Below, piece after piece: positions 20,381 to 28,327 of a DNA stretch of 64,000 nucleotides; within the stretch, counting starts at the first letter, position 1; the number at the start of each line of letters is the position of its first letter. The notes below the pieces were generated by a model. The model saw only the letters and a list, made by a program, of their open reading frames with translations, did no database searches and was not told the DNA's origin. Location of the stretch: positions 192,001 through 256,000 of the forward strand of contig JAWXAQ010000007.1 of NCBI GenBank assembly GCA_034439575.1, given 5' to 3'. The position numbers and the translations under genes were made by a program. Source of the DNA: Leptospira sp. (lineage in GTDB: Bacteria; Spirochaetota; Leptospiria; Leptospirales; Leptospiraceae).

Positions 20381-21118
20381 TTATTGTGCTGTCAATCCAC
20401 CGTCTATAACCAGTGTTTGGCCTGTCATATAACTTGAAGCATCGGAAACTAAATATATTGCGGCTCCCAATATTTCTTCTGGTTTACCCAATCGACCCAT
20501 CGGAATTCCAGCTAACACTTGCGACATTATATATTCTTTATTTTTTATCATATCAGTCATTTCTGTATCGATAAGACCTGGACAGATTACATTCACTCTA
20601 TAACCAGAATTGCACCATTCAATTGCCAATGCCTTTGATAAAGAAATCACCGCACCTTTAGTTCCTGAATAAACCGAAGCTAGTTTCGATCCAACCATTC
20701 CTAGAACAGAGGCTACATTTATGATATTGCCTCCATCTTTTTTGTGGTGTTTGTAATATGCCTGGCAACTTCTAAAAACACCTGTATAATTTGTTTGAAT
20801 GATATTTTGAAGTTCTTCTTCTTTGAAGCCCGATGCTGGCGTATTTGTAGCAATGCCTGCGTTGTTAATCAAAGTATTTAATTTACCATGCTTTTCTCTT
20901 ATCTTTCCTATGACTTGAAAGGCATCAGTTTCTGATTTAACATTGATGACTACTCCAGAAATCCCTTCTTTATCCATCCATTCGATTGATTCTGGCCTAG
21001 ACCCAGCACCATAGACGATTGCACCTGCATCACGAAGACCGAGAGCTAATGATTTACCAATACCACGACTAGCGCCCGTTATAAGTACTGTTTTTCCTTT
21101 TACATCTATTAAATTCAT
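20381..21118 (-). CDS. SDR family NAD(P)-dependent oxidoreductase
   Basis: TGASRGIG, NNAG, YSGTK, PG..DT; ATG 21118 overlaps the upstream stop. Confidence 0.93.
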   Translation of the reverse strand: MNLIDVKGKTVLITGASRGIGKSLALGLRDAGAIVYGAGSRPESIEWMDKEGISGVVINVKSETDAFQVIGKIREKHGKLNTLINNAGIATNTPASGFKEEELQNIIQTNYTGVFRSCQAYYKHHKKDGGNIINVASVLGMVGSKLASVYSGTKGAVISLSKALAIEWCNSGYRVNVICPGLIDTEMTDMIKNKEYIMSQVLAGIPMGRLGKPEEILGAAIYLVSDASSYMTGQTLVIDGGLTAQ

Positions 21119-21450
21119 TTTACCTCGTGATTTGCTGGATAACAATTGCTATTTTCTGGTTTAGTTTCTTCTAATAGTTTTTTATAATCAATATTTCCAT
21201 CATCGGTAACTAAATCTCGCCTAATATAGTGGGCACCATTTTCATAAAAGTCCGCCACCGGATTGCATTCTTCGATTTGGTTTTCATCACGACAACTGAT
21301 ACGAACATAAAAATTCCCAAAAGTATGTGTTCTGTTCCGCCAATAGTCACCAAACGAATTGCACTCAACGAATTGAATTACTTTATTTTTGCATCCGTAG
21401 GTTAAATTACTGATGACGATCAATAGAATAAAAAACATTCTTTGAAACAT
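21115..21450 (-). CDS. Small hypothetical lipoprotein
   Basis: Hydrophobic N-terminus, LTYGC lipobox and 4 further Cys. Confidence 0.6.
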   Translation of the reverse strand: MFQRMFFILLIVISNLTYGCKNKVIQFVECNSFGDYWRNRTHTFGNFYVRISCRDENQIEECNPVADFYENGAHYIRRDLVTDDGNIDYKKLLEETKPENSNCYPANHEVK

Positions 21451-21488
21451 AGTTAGATTATTTAAGTTTGAACTAGAAAGGCAAGAAT

Positions 21489-22085
21489 TTGTTTATTTTA
21501 AAAAGTCGTTCTCCAAGAAGAATTCAAATATTATCAGATTTAGGTTTAGTATTTAAAATAGATCCCACAGATATTAACGAGGATCAGAACGCCTTTGAAT
21601 TACCTACGGATTATATCAAACGCATTGTTACTCACAAAATTGGTGATCCAAAAGAAATAAATTCAAATGATCTCTACCTTGCTTGCGACACCATTGTTCT
21701 TTTAGAAGAACAAATCTTACATAAACCTAAAGATGAATTTGAAGCATCAGAAATTTTAAGTAAACTAGTGGGAAAAAAGCATTCAGTCATTTCTTCATGC
21801 ATGATGGTGACAAATGGAGATTGGGATTTTTTCTCTGAAGAAACACAGATTCTCTTTAAACCTTGGGGGCATCAGGAAATTCAGAATTACATAAAGAACC
21901 ACCAACCTTTCGATAAGGCTGGATCATATGGAATCCAAGATGAAGATGGTCCTGTCTTAAATTACTTCGGATCTTATCAAAATGTGGTAGGATTCCCGAT
22001 AAGAAGTTTCTTGAGTCGATGGGAAAAATGGAATCAGTATTTAAATTATAATTTCCCTAAAAAATCAAGCGTAAAGATTTACTAA
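21489..22085 (+). CDS. maf: Maf family nucleoside triphosphate pyrophosphatase
   Basis: S.SPRR, DTIV, KP, DKAGSYGIQ, NVVGFP; TTG start. Confidence 0.9.
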   Translation: MFILKSRSPRRIQILSDLGLVFKIDPTDINEDQNAFELPTDYIKRIVTHKIGDPKEINSNDLYLACDTIVLLEEQILHKPKDEFEASEILSKLVGKKHSVISSCMMVTNGDWDFFSEETQILFKPWGHQEIQNYIKNHQPFDKAGSYGIQDEDGPVLNYFGSYQNVVGFPIRSFLSRWEKWNQYLNYNFPKKSSVKIY

Positions 22086-22295
22086 ATCTCCTGGCTTATA
22101 ATTTGATTTATCGCGTGAATTTGTTTGAATCGATTCTGCTTTAGCACTAGTTTCCTCTGTGGGAAACTTCGGTCGGTACTGATTTGATTGAATCGCCTCA
22201 ACCTTTTCTACGGGCTGCGTATTAAAGGAAGGTGAAATGTATGTGAGAGGCTCACCTAAACCGGAAACTCTTGCCACACCGCTTGCTATATCCAT
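22065..22295 (-). CDS. Small hypothetical protein (YjfB-like termini)
   Basis: 76 aa, begins MDI and ends PGDLVNLYA; fills the gap between maf and holA. Confidence 0.6.
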   Translation of the reverse strand: MDIASGVARVSGLGEPLTYISPSFNTQPVEKVEAIQSNQYRPKFPTEETSAKAESIQTNSRDKSNYKPGDLVNLYA

Positions 22296-22345
22296 ATTGT
22301 GATTATCGCTCCAATTCTACCCAGAGATTAGACCTTTATAAAAAA

Positions 22346-23452
22346 ATGGATACAAAAAAAAGCGCGATCGAATACCCAAGCCTCTTTCAACTTTTTAAAA
22401 CCTCTGATAAGAACCTCCCATCGGTCTTTACTTATGTAGGCGAAGATTCGTTCGAATTTGAAATCGCTGTTGATTTTTTTAAAGATAAATTAGAAAAGCA
22501 AGGCCAAGCTTTGGATATCATCGTGATAGTAGCGGAAGGCGGAGAACAATCGAAACTTTTTGCTGAACTTTTTACACCTGATATGTTTTTTCCAAGAAAA
22601 CTCATCATTTTGAAAAATGGAACTGCCTTCTTTAAACCAATATTAGAGTCGAAAGCAAATTCCGATTACTCAGATTATGTCTCTGGATTTAAAAAAAATA
22701 TAATCAGTTTATCAGATAATATTACTCTCCTTGTTCATTACGATGCCAAGGATCTACCAGCTTCCTATTTAAATCTTTTTCAAAATAATTTCAGTTTTTA
22801 TAAACCAAAAACAATTTACCAACAAGATATTGGAAAAGCTCTTAAAGAAGTATTAGAACAAGAAAATGTGCAATTGGAAGAAGAGGCTTGGGATGAATTT
22901 ATACATAGAATTCCACCTAATGTTGGATCCTATATTAAGAATGTTAGAAAACTTAAACAATACCTCAATAAATCCAAATTCACGTTAGCCGATATAAATT
23001 CCATACTATTCACTCAGACCGAAATGGATATAACATCCCTGGTTGAAAGTTTGATCGCTTTAAAAAAACCAGAATTTTATAAAGAATTCACAAAATTTTC
23101 AGGGGATAATGGCGAGATTTTAGCATTCCTAACCAGGTTAATGTACAAATTGGATGAGATTCGTAAAGTAAGAGTTATACGGTCAAAATACAATGGTGAA
23201 ATCCCAATTCCCGTAATGGACGATATTCTCAAAACTGGTTCCTTTTCTGAGGGAAGGAAAGGTTTTATGAGGCGAAAACTAAGTTCGGATTCAAAAAATT
23301 TTACAGAAAAATCATTAAATCAATTTTATGAAATTTTAATCGACATGAATATTAAATACAAGTCTGGATTAAGAGATGAAGAAGGAAAAGTTTTTTTCAT
23401 TCAAAAATCTATGGAATTGTTTAGAATCATTCATGTTTCTTCATCCAATTGA
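22346..23452 (+). CDS. holA: DNA polymerase III delta subunit
   Basis: YVGED.F, TPDMFFPRKLIILK, D..IK.KSG C-terminus; size fits; ATG 22346. Confidence 0.8.
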   Translation: MDTKKSAIEYPSLFQLFKTSDKNLPSVFTYVGEDSFEFEIAVDFFKDKLEKQGQALDIIVIVAEGGEQSKLFAELFTPDMFFPRKLIILKNGTAFFKPILESKANSDYSDYVSGFKKNIISLSDNITLLVHYDAKDLPASYLNLFQNNFSFYKPKTIYQQDIGKALKEVLEQENVQLEEEAWDEFIHRIPPNVGSYIKNVRKLKQYLNKSKFTLADINSILFTQTEMDITSLVESLIALKKPEFYKEFTKFSGDNGEILAFLTRLMYKLDEIRKVRVIRSKYNGEIPIPVMDDILKTGSFSEGRKGFMRRKLSSDSKNFTEKSLNQFYEILIDMNIKYKSGLRDEEGKVFFIQKSMELFRIIHVSSSN

Positions 23453-24318
23453 TAGTCACTGATTTTCCGATACAAATTTCTTTCTGATATACCCAATAAT
23501 TTAGCGGCCTTTAGTCGATTTCCATTAACAAATTTCAAATTTTGTTTGATAATCGCTTTTTCATAAGCATCAAGAGATACTCCAATTTTTATATCTAAGG
23601 CTTCGATATGTTGTTGAAAAAAATGAATTGGAATTTTGCTAAACTGAATTTGTTTTTTTGAAGTATATGCAACTAATGAAAAAATAATGTCTCTCAGTTC
23701 ATGCAAATTATTCTTATATTTTCGCTTTGAAAAAAATTGATAAAACCCTTCGTCAAAGTTTGTTATACTCTTTTTCATTTCAGCATTTGCAGATTCTAGA
23801 AAATGGGTCACGAATAAAGGAAGATCTGTGATTCTTTCTTTCAAAGTTGGCAATTGAAATTGAAAAGATTTAAATTGATCAAATAATTCATTGGCAATTT
23901 TTGATTTATTGAACTGTTCTATTTCCTGAGAATTAATTTCCCAATAGATAGCCAAATCTGATGTTAGATTGTATTTTTGATTTTTCCACCATGAATTCCA
24001 TTTTTGAATTTCTTCTTGATTTGCTTGGTTAAAATTTTCCCACCAAAAAACTTTCAAACTATCTGTTTTTATTTGAAAATTTATAGTATCAAACCATTTT
24101 TCTTTAACTGAATAATCAATTTTTATCTTCTGAATATTTTTAGATTCCGATTTGATATCTATCGATTTTTGGATCCAAAAACTTTTGCCGACCCCTGAAT
24201 CACCTATGATCATCATTGGTAAATTTGATTTAGAAACTTCACACCAATATTCTTTTAACTTTTTTATTTCTCCAGATAAACAAATCCACGGCAAATCATT
24301 GTTACTTTTTTTTGACAA
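23431..24318 (-). CDS. Fis-type HTH regulator with degenerate sigma54-activator AAA+ domain
   Basis: GDSGVGKS, LPTLKERITDLP, NNLHELRD, GNRLKAAKLLGISERNLYRKI; no GAFTGA. Confidence 0.8.
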   Translation of the reverse strand: MSKKSNNDLPWICLSGEIKKLKEYWCEVSKSNLPMMIIGDSGVGKSFWIQKSIDIKSESKNIQKIKIDYSVKEKWFDTINFQIKTDSLKVFWWENFNQANQEEIQKWNSWWKNQKYNLTSDLAIYWEINSQEIEQFNKSKIANELFDQFKSFQFQLPTLKERITDLPLFVTHFLESANAEMKKSITNFDEGFYQFFSKRKYKNNLHELRDIIFSLVAYTSKKQIQFSKIPIHFFQQHIEALDIKIGVSLDAYEKAIIKQNLKFVNGNRLKAAKLLGISERNLYRKISDYQLDEET

Positions 24319-25909
24319 GAGAAATGACTCCCTGTAAATAACCAGAAAATTGCCTGATTTTATTGTCTTCTAAAAATTTTTTTGCTTTGGAAGGAGTAAC
24401 GTGCAAGGTCTTTGGATAAACTGTTGATGTTTTTAAAAATTCTGTTTCATTCGCTAAATTTGTAATACCATATGTTGAAAATGGATCAAGTGTAACGGTC
24501 GTTTGTATTAAATATTCTTTTCCAATCGTGACATTGATTTCATTTGATATTTTTAACCAAATTGCTTCACCTTTTGTTTTCAAAAGTACAGTTTGAAATC
24601 TTTCTGATTCACTTGCATCACTGATAATTTCATTTCCGACAGATGATTCAATATCTGTCTTTACTTCTTCTTTCTCTAGGACACGTTTTTCTGATAATTT
24701 TTCAAAGGCTTCAGACATGTTATACGGTGTAACTGTATCCACCGCTGCTCTAACTTGCGAAGCATCCCATTTTTTGAAAACTTGCGAATCCAATTGAAAA
24801 GGAGGTGAAATTTCCATTGTAGTTGAATAAAGATTAAATTGATTCAAAAAGATTTGGGTGTATCCATCTTCGGTTCCAATTTTTTGGTATTCCGTGATTC
24901 CAATCAGTTTAGAAGAACTTTTTCTTCCAATTTTTTGCAATTCTCGTATAACATTCAATTCACTGTGATTGGGAATGATAATGTACAACTCGATACCAAG
25001 CTGTCTAAGTTCGTTCAAGGCCAATGTGATATCAGTACTTTTTTCTCTAACCGCACCTGACAAAATTAAAAATAGTTTACGAGAAGTTTTTTTACCAGAA
25101 GTAAATTTCAATCGTAAGGATTGAATCGCTTGCAAAACGGAATCAGAACGATTTGATCCAGACCAAGAAACATCTTCAAATAATTTTTTTACTTCTGTAT
25201 GTTCCAGGCTCGGAGGAAGAGTTACAATTTTATCTTTTCTGATAAAAGTAGCTCCTATAAACAGGTTTGAATTATCTAAAATACCATTTAAAACTTTTTG
25301 AAAATCTTTTCGATAGTATGAATACGATCCATTTGTATCATACAAAAAATGAATCTCTTGGTAACTAATTTGATTTTTATTATTTTTCTCATAAAACTTT
25401 GGTGATAAAAATCTAAATGATTTTTCTACATGTTTTTCAATAGCCAATATAAAATTAGAAACAATTTTTGAATGTATCGTTTGTAAGGATTTATTTTTAC
25501 AATTATAAATCTCAGTTTGAATGATGATAGGCGATCCAAAATCTACTGAATCTTTTGTTACAAAATTGCTTTCCCACTCTAAACATAAAAGATTAAGAGA
25601 GGCTTCGTTTACTTTTGTATCTTCTCTGTAGTTTTCGTTAATTAAGAATTTTTCAATGGAATTGGAATCTGTAAGTTCCGTTTGATAATTTCTCTTAAGG
25701 TAGTGTCTTGTTAATTTTGCAATTTCCTTTGATGCATCTTCTTTAGTTCCAAGATAAAGTGGAATATTTCCTGTAACAGATGCTGGTAAGACGCTGATTT
25801 CTTTGGCATATAGTAAGCCAGATTGAACAAAAAATAACATAATAAAAATTAGAAGAACGGCGTTCCCTTTTTTTGTCCATTTGTGACAATTTTTAACAAT
25901 TCTAAGCAT
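24302..25909 (-). CDS. Exported hypothetical protein with VWA-like domain
   Basis: Signal-like segment; IHFLYDTNGS, RKLFLILSG and LRQLGIELYII resemble vWA strands; start uncertain. Confidence 0.6.
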   Translation of the reverse strand: MLRIVKNCHKWTKKGNAVLLIFIMLFFVQSGLLYAKEISVLPASVTGNIPLYLGTKEDASKEIAKLTRHYLKRNYQTELTDSNSIEKFLINENYREDTKVNEASLNLLCLEWESNFVTKDSVDFGSPIIIQTEIYNCKNKSLQTIHSKIVSNFILAIEKHVEKSFRFLSPKFYEKNNKNQISYQEIHFLYDTNGSYSYYRKDFQKVLNGILDNSNLFIGATFIRKDKIVTLPPSLEHTEVKKLFEDVSWSGSNRSDSVLQAIQSLRLKFTSGKKTSRKLFLILSGAVREKSTDITLALNELRQLGIELYIIIPNHSELNVIRELQKIGRKSSSKLIGITEYQKIGTEDGYTQIFLNQFNLYSTTMEISPPFQLDSQVFKKWDASQVRAAVDTVTPYNMSEAFEKLSEKRVLEKEEVKTDIESSVGNEIISDASESERFQTVLLKTKGEAIWLKISNEINVTIGKEYLIQTTVTLDPFSTYGITNLANETEFLKTSTVYPKTLHVTPSKAKKFLEDNKIRQFSGYLQGVISLVKKK

Positions 25910-25962
25910 AAGTTTTATTAATGAATCCTTAATTTGATCAGCATGAAATCTGTGAGAAAAGA

Positions 25963-26005
25963 TTGACAGCTACATTTCTTGTCTATTAAATCTATCGGAA
26001 AGGAG
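25963..26005 (+). promoter_or_regulatory. Putative sigma70 promoter and RBS of lipL21
   Basis: TTGACA (25963-25968)-N17-TTAAAT; AGGAG at 26001-26005. Confidence 0.5.
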
Positions 26006-26015
26006 TAGATTCTTT

Positions 26016-26592
26016 ATGAAGCAATCACTTATCGTATGTATTTCTATGCTGGCTTTTGTTGTATCTTGCGGCTCAAGCGATGGCAGAAGAGATGCCACAA
26101 CTGTTGGAAAACACGGTTGGATTTTTGAAGGTTGGGCATGTGCCCCTGACGCTGCAGCTGGTGCGAGAGGCGAGAGCCCTGCTCAGTATTGCAAAGGAAA
26201 AGAGAAAGATTTCGATTATTTATACATGAAATTTTCAGCTAGAGCATCTGACAAAGCGATCAAAGCAAATTCTGTTGCGATGAAACAGTCTACTTGCCGT
26301 GAAGCCGCTCGACTACAAGTCGCAGGTGATGGTTTGAAAAAGATTTTAGGTGAATACCTAGAACAAGCATCTGGAGTTTCTGATGGTCAATCTACAGGTT
26401 CAGTAATTGTATCTGAATCAAAAGGTTTGATTAAGAATCGGGGTTTATGACTGTTGTTCACTTAACAATGAAAAGGGTGTTTGCGCAGATGTTGGCGAAC
26501 CTGAAACTTGGGAAGAATGCCAGTGTGTTGGTTACATGAAATATGTAGGCGGACAAAAAGCTCTCGAATCTAAAGCTCAAGCAGCTCAATAA
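26016..26592 (+). pseudogene. lipL21: Outer-membrane lipoprotein LipL21, frameshifted near 26433-26436 (pseudogene or sequencing error)
   Basis: DATTVG..GW.FEGW and QSTCREAARLQ...ASGVSDG...VIVS; the ORF stops at 26450 but another frame continues IGVYDCC...WEECQCV...GG.KAL..KAQ to TAA 26590-26592. Confidence 0.88.
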
Positions 26593-26616
26593 GTTAAGAC
26601 TTATTTTGTCTGATAG

Positions 26617-26646
26617 AAACCTCCCGACGTTGGGAGGTTTTTTTTT
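26617..26646 (+). terminator. Rho-independent terminator after lipL21
   Basis: AAACCTCCC-gacgtt-GGGAGGTTT followed by a T run. Confidence 0.9.
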
Positions 26647-26726
26647 ACTCTCATATTATTTCTGTTATAATTTCGATTATTTTAGTAATGTCTTGCTTAA
26701 TAACAGGATACTTGAATGTTAGTCGA

Positions 26727-27320
26727 ATGAAAAAAATATTTTTATTACTTATTTTATTATCAGGAATTTTTCTTTCTACTTGCAAAGAAACAGAAAAAGA
26801 CAAAAGCTTAGAGACTGCCGGCTTGTTATTTGCTGTTGCACCTAAGGCGAGTACTGCACCAACTACTTTGACTTATACTTCAACTAGCAGTGGCGTAGTA
26901 ATAAAAACTACAAGCATAGGGATTATAACAGGCTCGACTGTTTCTTTGAGTCCAACATTAACACTTCCGAATGGAATGACAGCTTCTAATTATTCTGTAA
27001 CTCCAAGTCTACCCGCAGGCTTAAGTATGAATTCATCTACAGGTGTTATTTCAGGAATTGCTACCACCGCCTCAGCTTACGCTACTTATTCCGTTCAAAC
27101 AACTTTGACTGCTGGTTCTGGTTTTTTTGTTAATGGTACAAATCCATTAGTTGTGAATCAGTTTATAATTGTTGGATCTTCAACACAAATAAGTAATCTA
27201 ACTTGTAGCTTCGTAGGAATAGCAGGTGGATGTGGCGGATCCTCTGGTTATTCTTGCGCAAATTCTTCATCATGTTCAAGTTCTAGTACATGCAGCAATA
27301 TTAGTGGCTGTGCCTTCTAA
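26727..27320 (+). CDS. Lipoprotein with putative Ig (He_PIG) repeat and Cys-rich C-terminus
   Basis: MKKIFLLLILLSGIFLSTC signal; YSVTPSLPAGLSMNSSTGVISG; 6 Cys in the last ~40 aa. Confidence 0.78.
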   Translation: MKKIFLLLILLSGIFLSTCKETEKDKSLETAGLLFAVAPKASTAPTTLTYTSTSSGVVIKTTSIGIITGSTVSLSPTLTLPNGMTASNYSVTPSLPAGLSMNSSTGVISGIATTASAYATYSVQTTLTAGSGFFVNGTNPLVVNQFIIVGSSTQISNLTCSFVGIAGGCGGSSGYSCANSSSCSSSSTCSNISGCAF

Positions 27321-28321
27321 AAACTTTCACAATTTAAAGCAGATCCAGAATCAATAATCATACTTGATTCTGGGTCCATAGAAAAATTGATTTCACTCAA
27401 TCTATTGATAAATTCATTTGCACTGACAACTTGTAATAGAATTTTTCTTTCCTTCTCAGGAAAATTTGTTCCTTCCAAATACCGTACAAAATGTTTTCGA
27501 AATAAAATAAGCGCATATTCATCTTCACTTTTATAAAAATCCAACATTGCTAATAAATGTTCTATGATTTGATCTTTGATTTCTATATCGGAAATAGAAT
27601 TTTTAGTCTTTGAAGAAAAAATCCAAGGATTACCGATAGCCTTTCTTCCGATTAACACTAAGTCTACGCCATACTCTTTTATCTTTTCTTTTGCATCACC
27701 ATAAGAAGATACATCGCCGTTTCCATAAATAGGAACCTTTGCAATTGATTTAATTTCGCCTATTTTTTCCCAATCCGCTCGACCCGAATAACCCATAGAT
27801 TTTGTTCTTCCATGTACCGAGATGGCAGAAACTCCGGCATCTTGTAATAATTTTACTGTTTCTAAATAATTATAGGATTTTTCATCCCAACCTAATCGTA
27901 TTTTGGCGGTAACGGGTACTGCTACATTTTTTTTTATACCTTCAATCATTTTTCCAGCAAGGGATAAATTTCGAAGTAATCCCGCCCCTGAACCGTTATG
28001 TGAAACCTTTGAAACAGAACAGCCCATGTTTAAATCTATTATGTCTGGATTTAATACTTCGATACGTTTGGCTGCTTCTATAACGGTTTCTAATTCTGAA
28101 CCAAAGATTTGAAAAACGATAGGTCGTTCCATTGTTTCAAAACGAAACATATCAATAGATTTTTGATTACCTAAAACAATTTGTTCAGTAGATACAAATT
28201 CTGAAAAAGAAAATGCAGAACCATATTTACGTGTAATTTTTCGATAGGGGCTATCTGAAATTCCAGCCATAGGTGATAAGGCAACGTCTCCCTTAATTTC
28301 AACATTGCCAACCATCACCAT
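27317..28321 (-). CDS. dusB: tRNA-dihydrouridine synthase B
   Basis: PMAGISD, QIFG, DLNMGC, TAKIRLGWD, VHGRT, GNGDV, GR.A.GNPW.F. Confidence 0.92.
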   Translation of the reverse strand: MVMVGNVEIKGDVALSPMAGISDSPYRKITRKYGSAFSFSEFVSTEQIVLGNQKSIDMFRFETMERPIVFQIFGSELETVIEAAKRIEVLNPDIIDLNMGCSVSKVSHNGSGAGLLRNLSLAGKMIEGIKKNVAVPVTAKIRLGWDEKSYNYLETVKLLQDAGVSAISVHGRTKSMGYSGRADWEKIGEIKSIAKVPIYGNGDVSSYGDAKEKIKEYGVDLVLIGRKAIGNPWIFSSKTKNSISDIEIKDQIIEHLLAMLDFYKSEDEYALILFRKHFVRYLEGTNFPEKERKILLQVVSANEFINRLSEINFSMDPESSMIIDSGSALNCESF

Positions 28322-28327
28322 GTTTTT

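Noticed and set aside
26425..26450. Programmed ribosomal frameshift or phase variation in lipL21
   Set aside because: No slippery heptamer or long repeat tract; restoring the conserved K-G-I-G needs two added bases, which fits a deletion or sequencing error better
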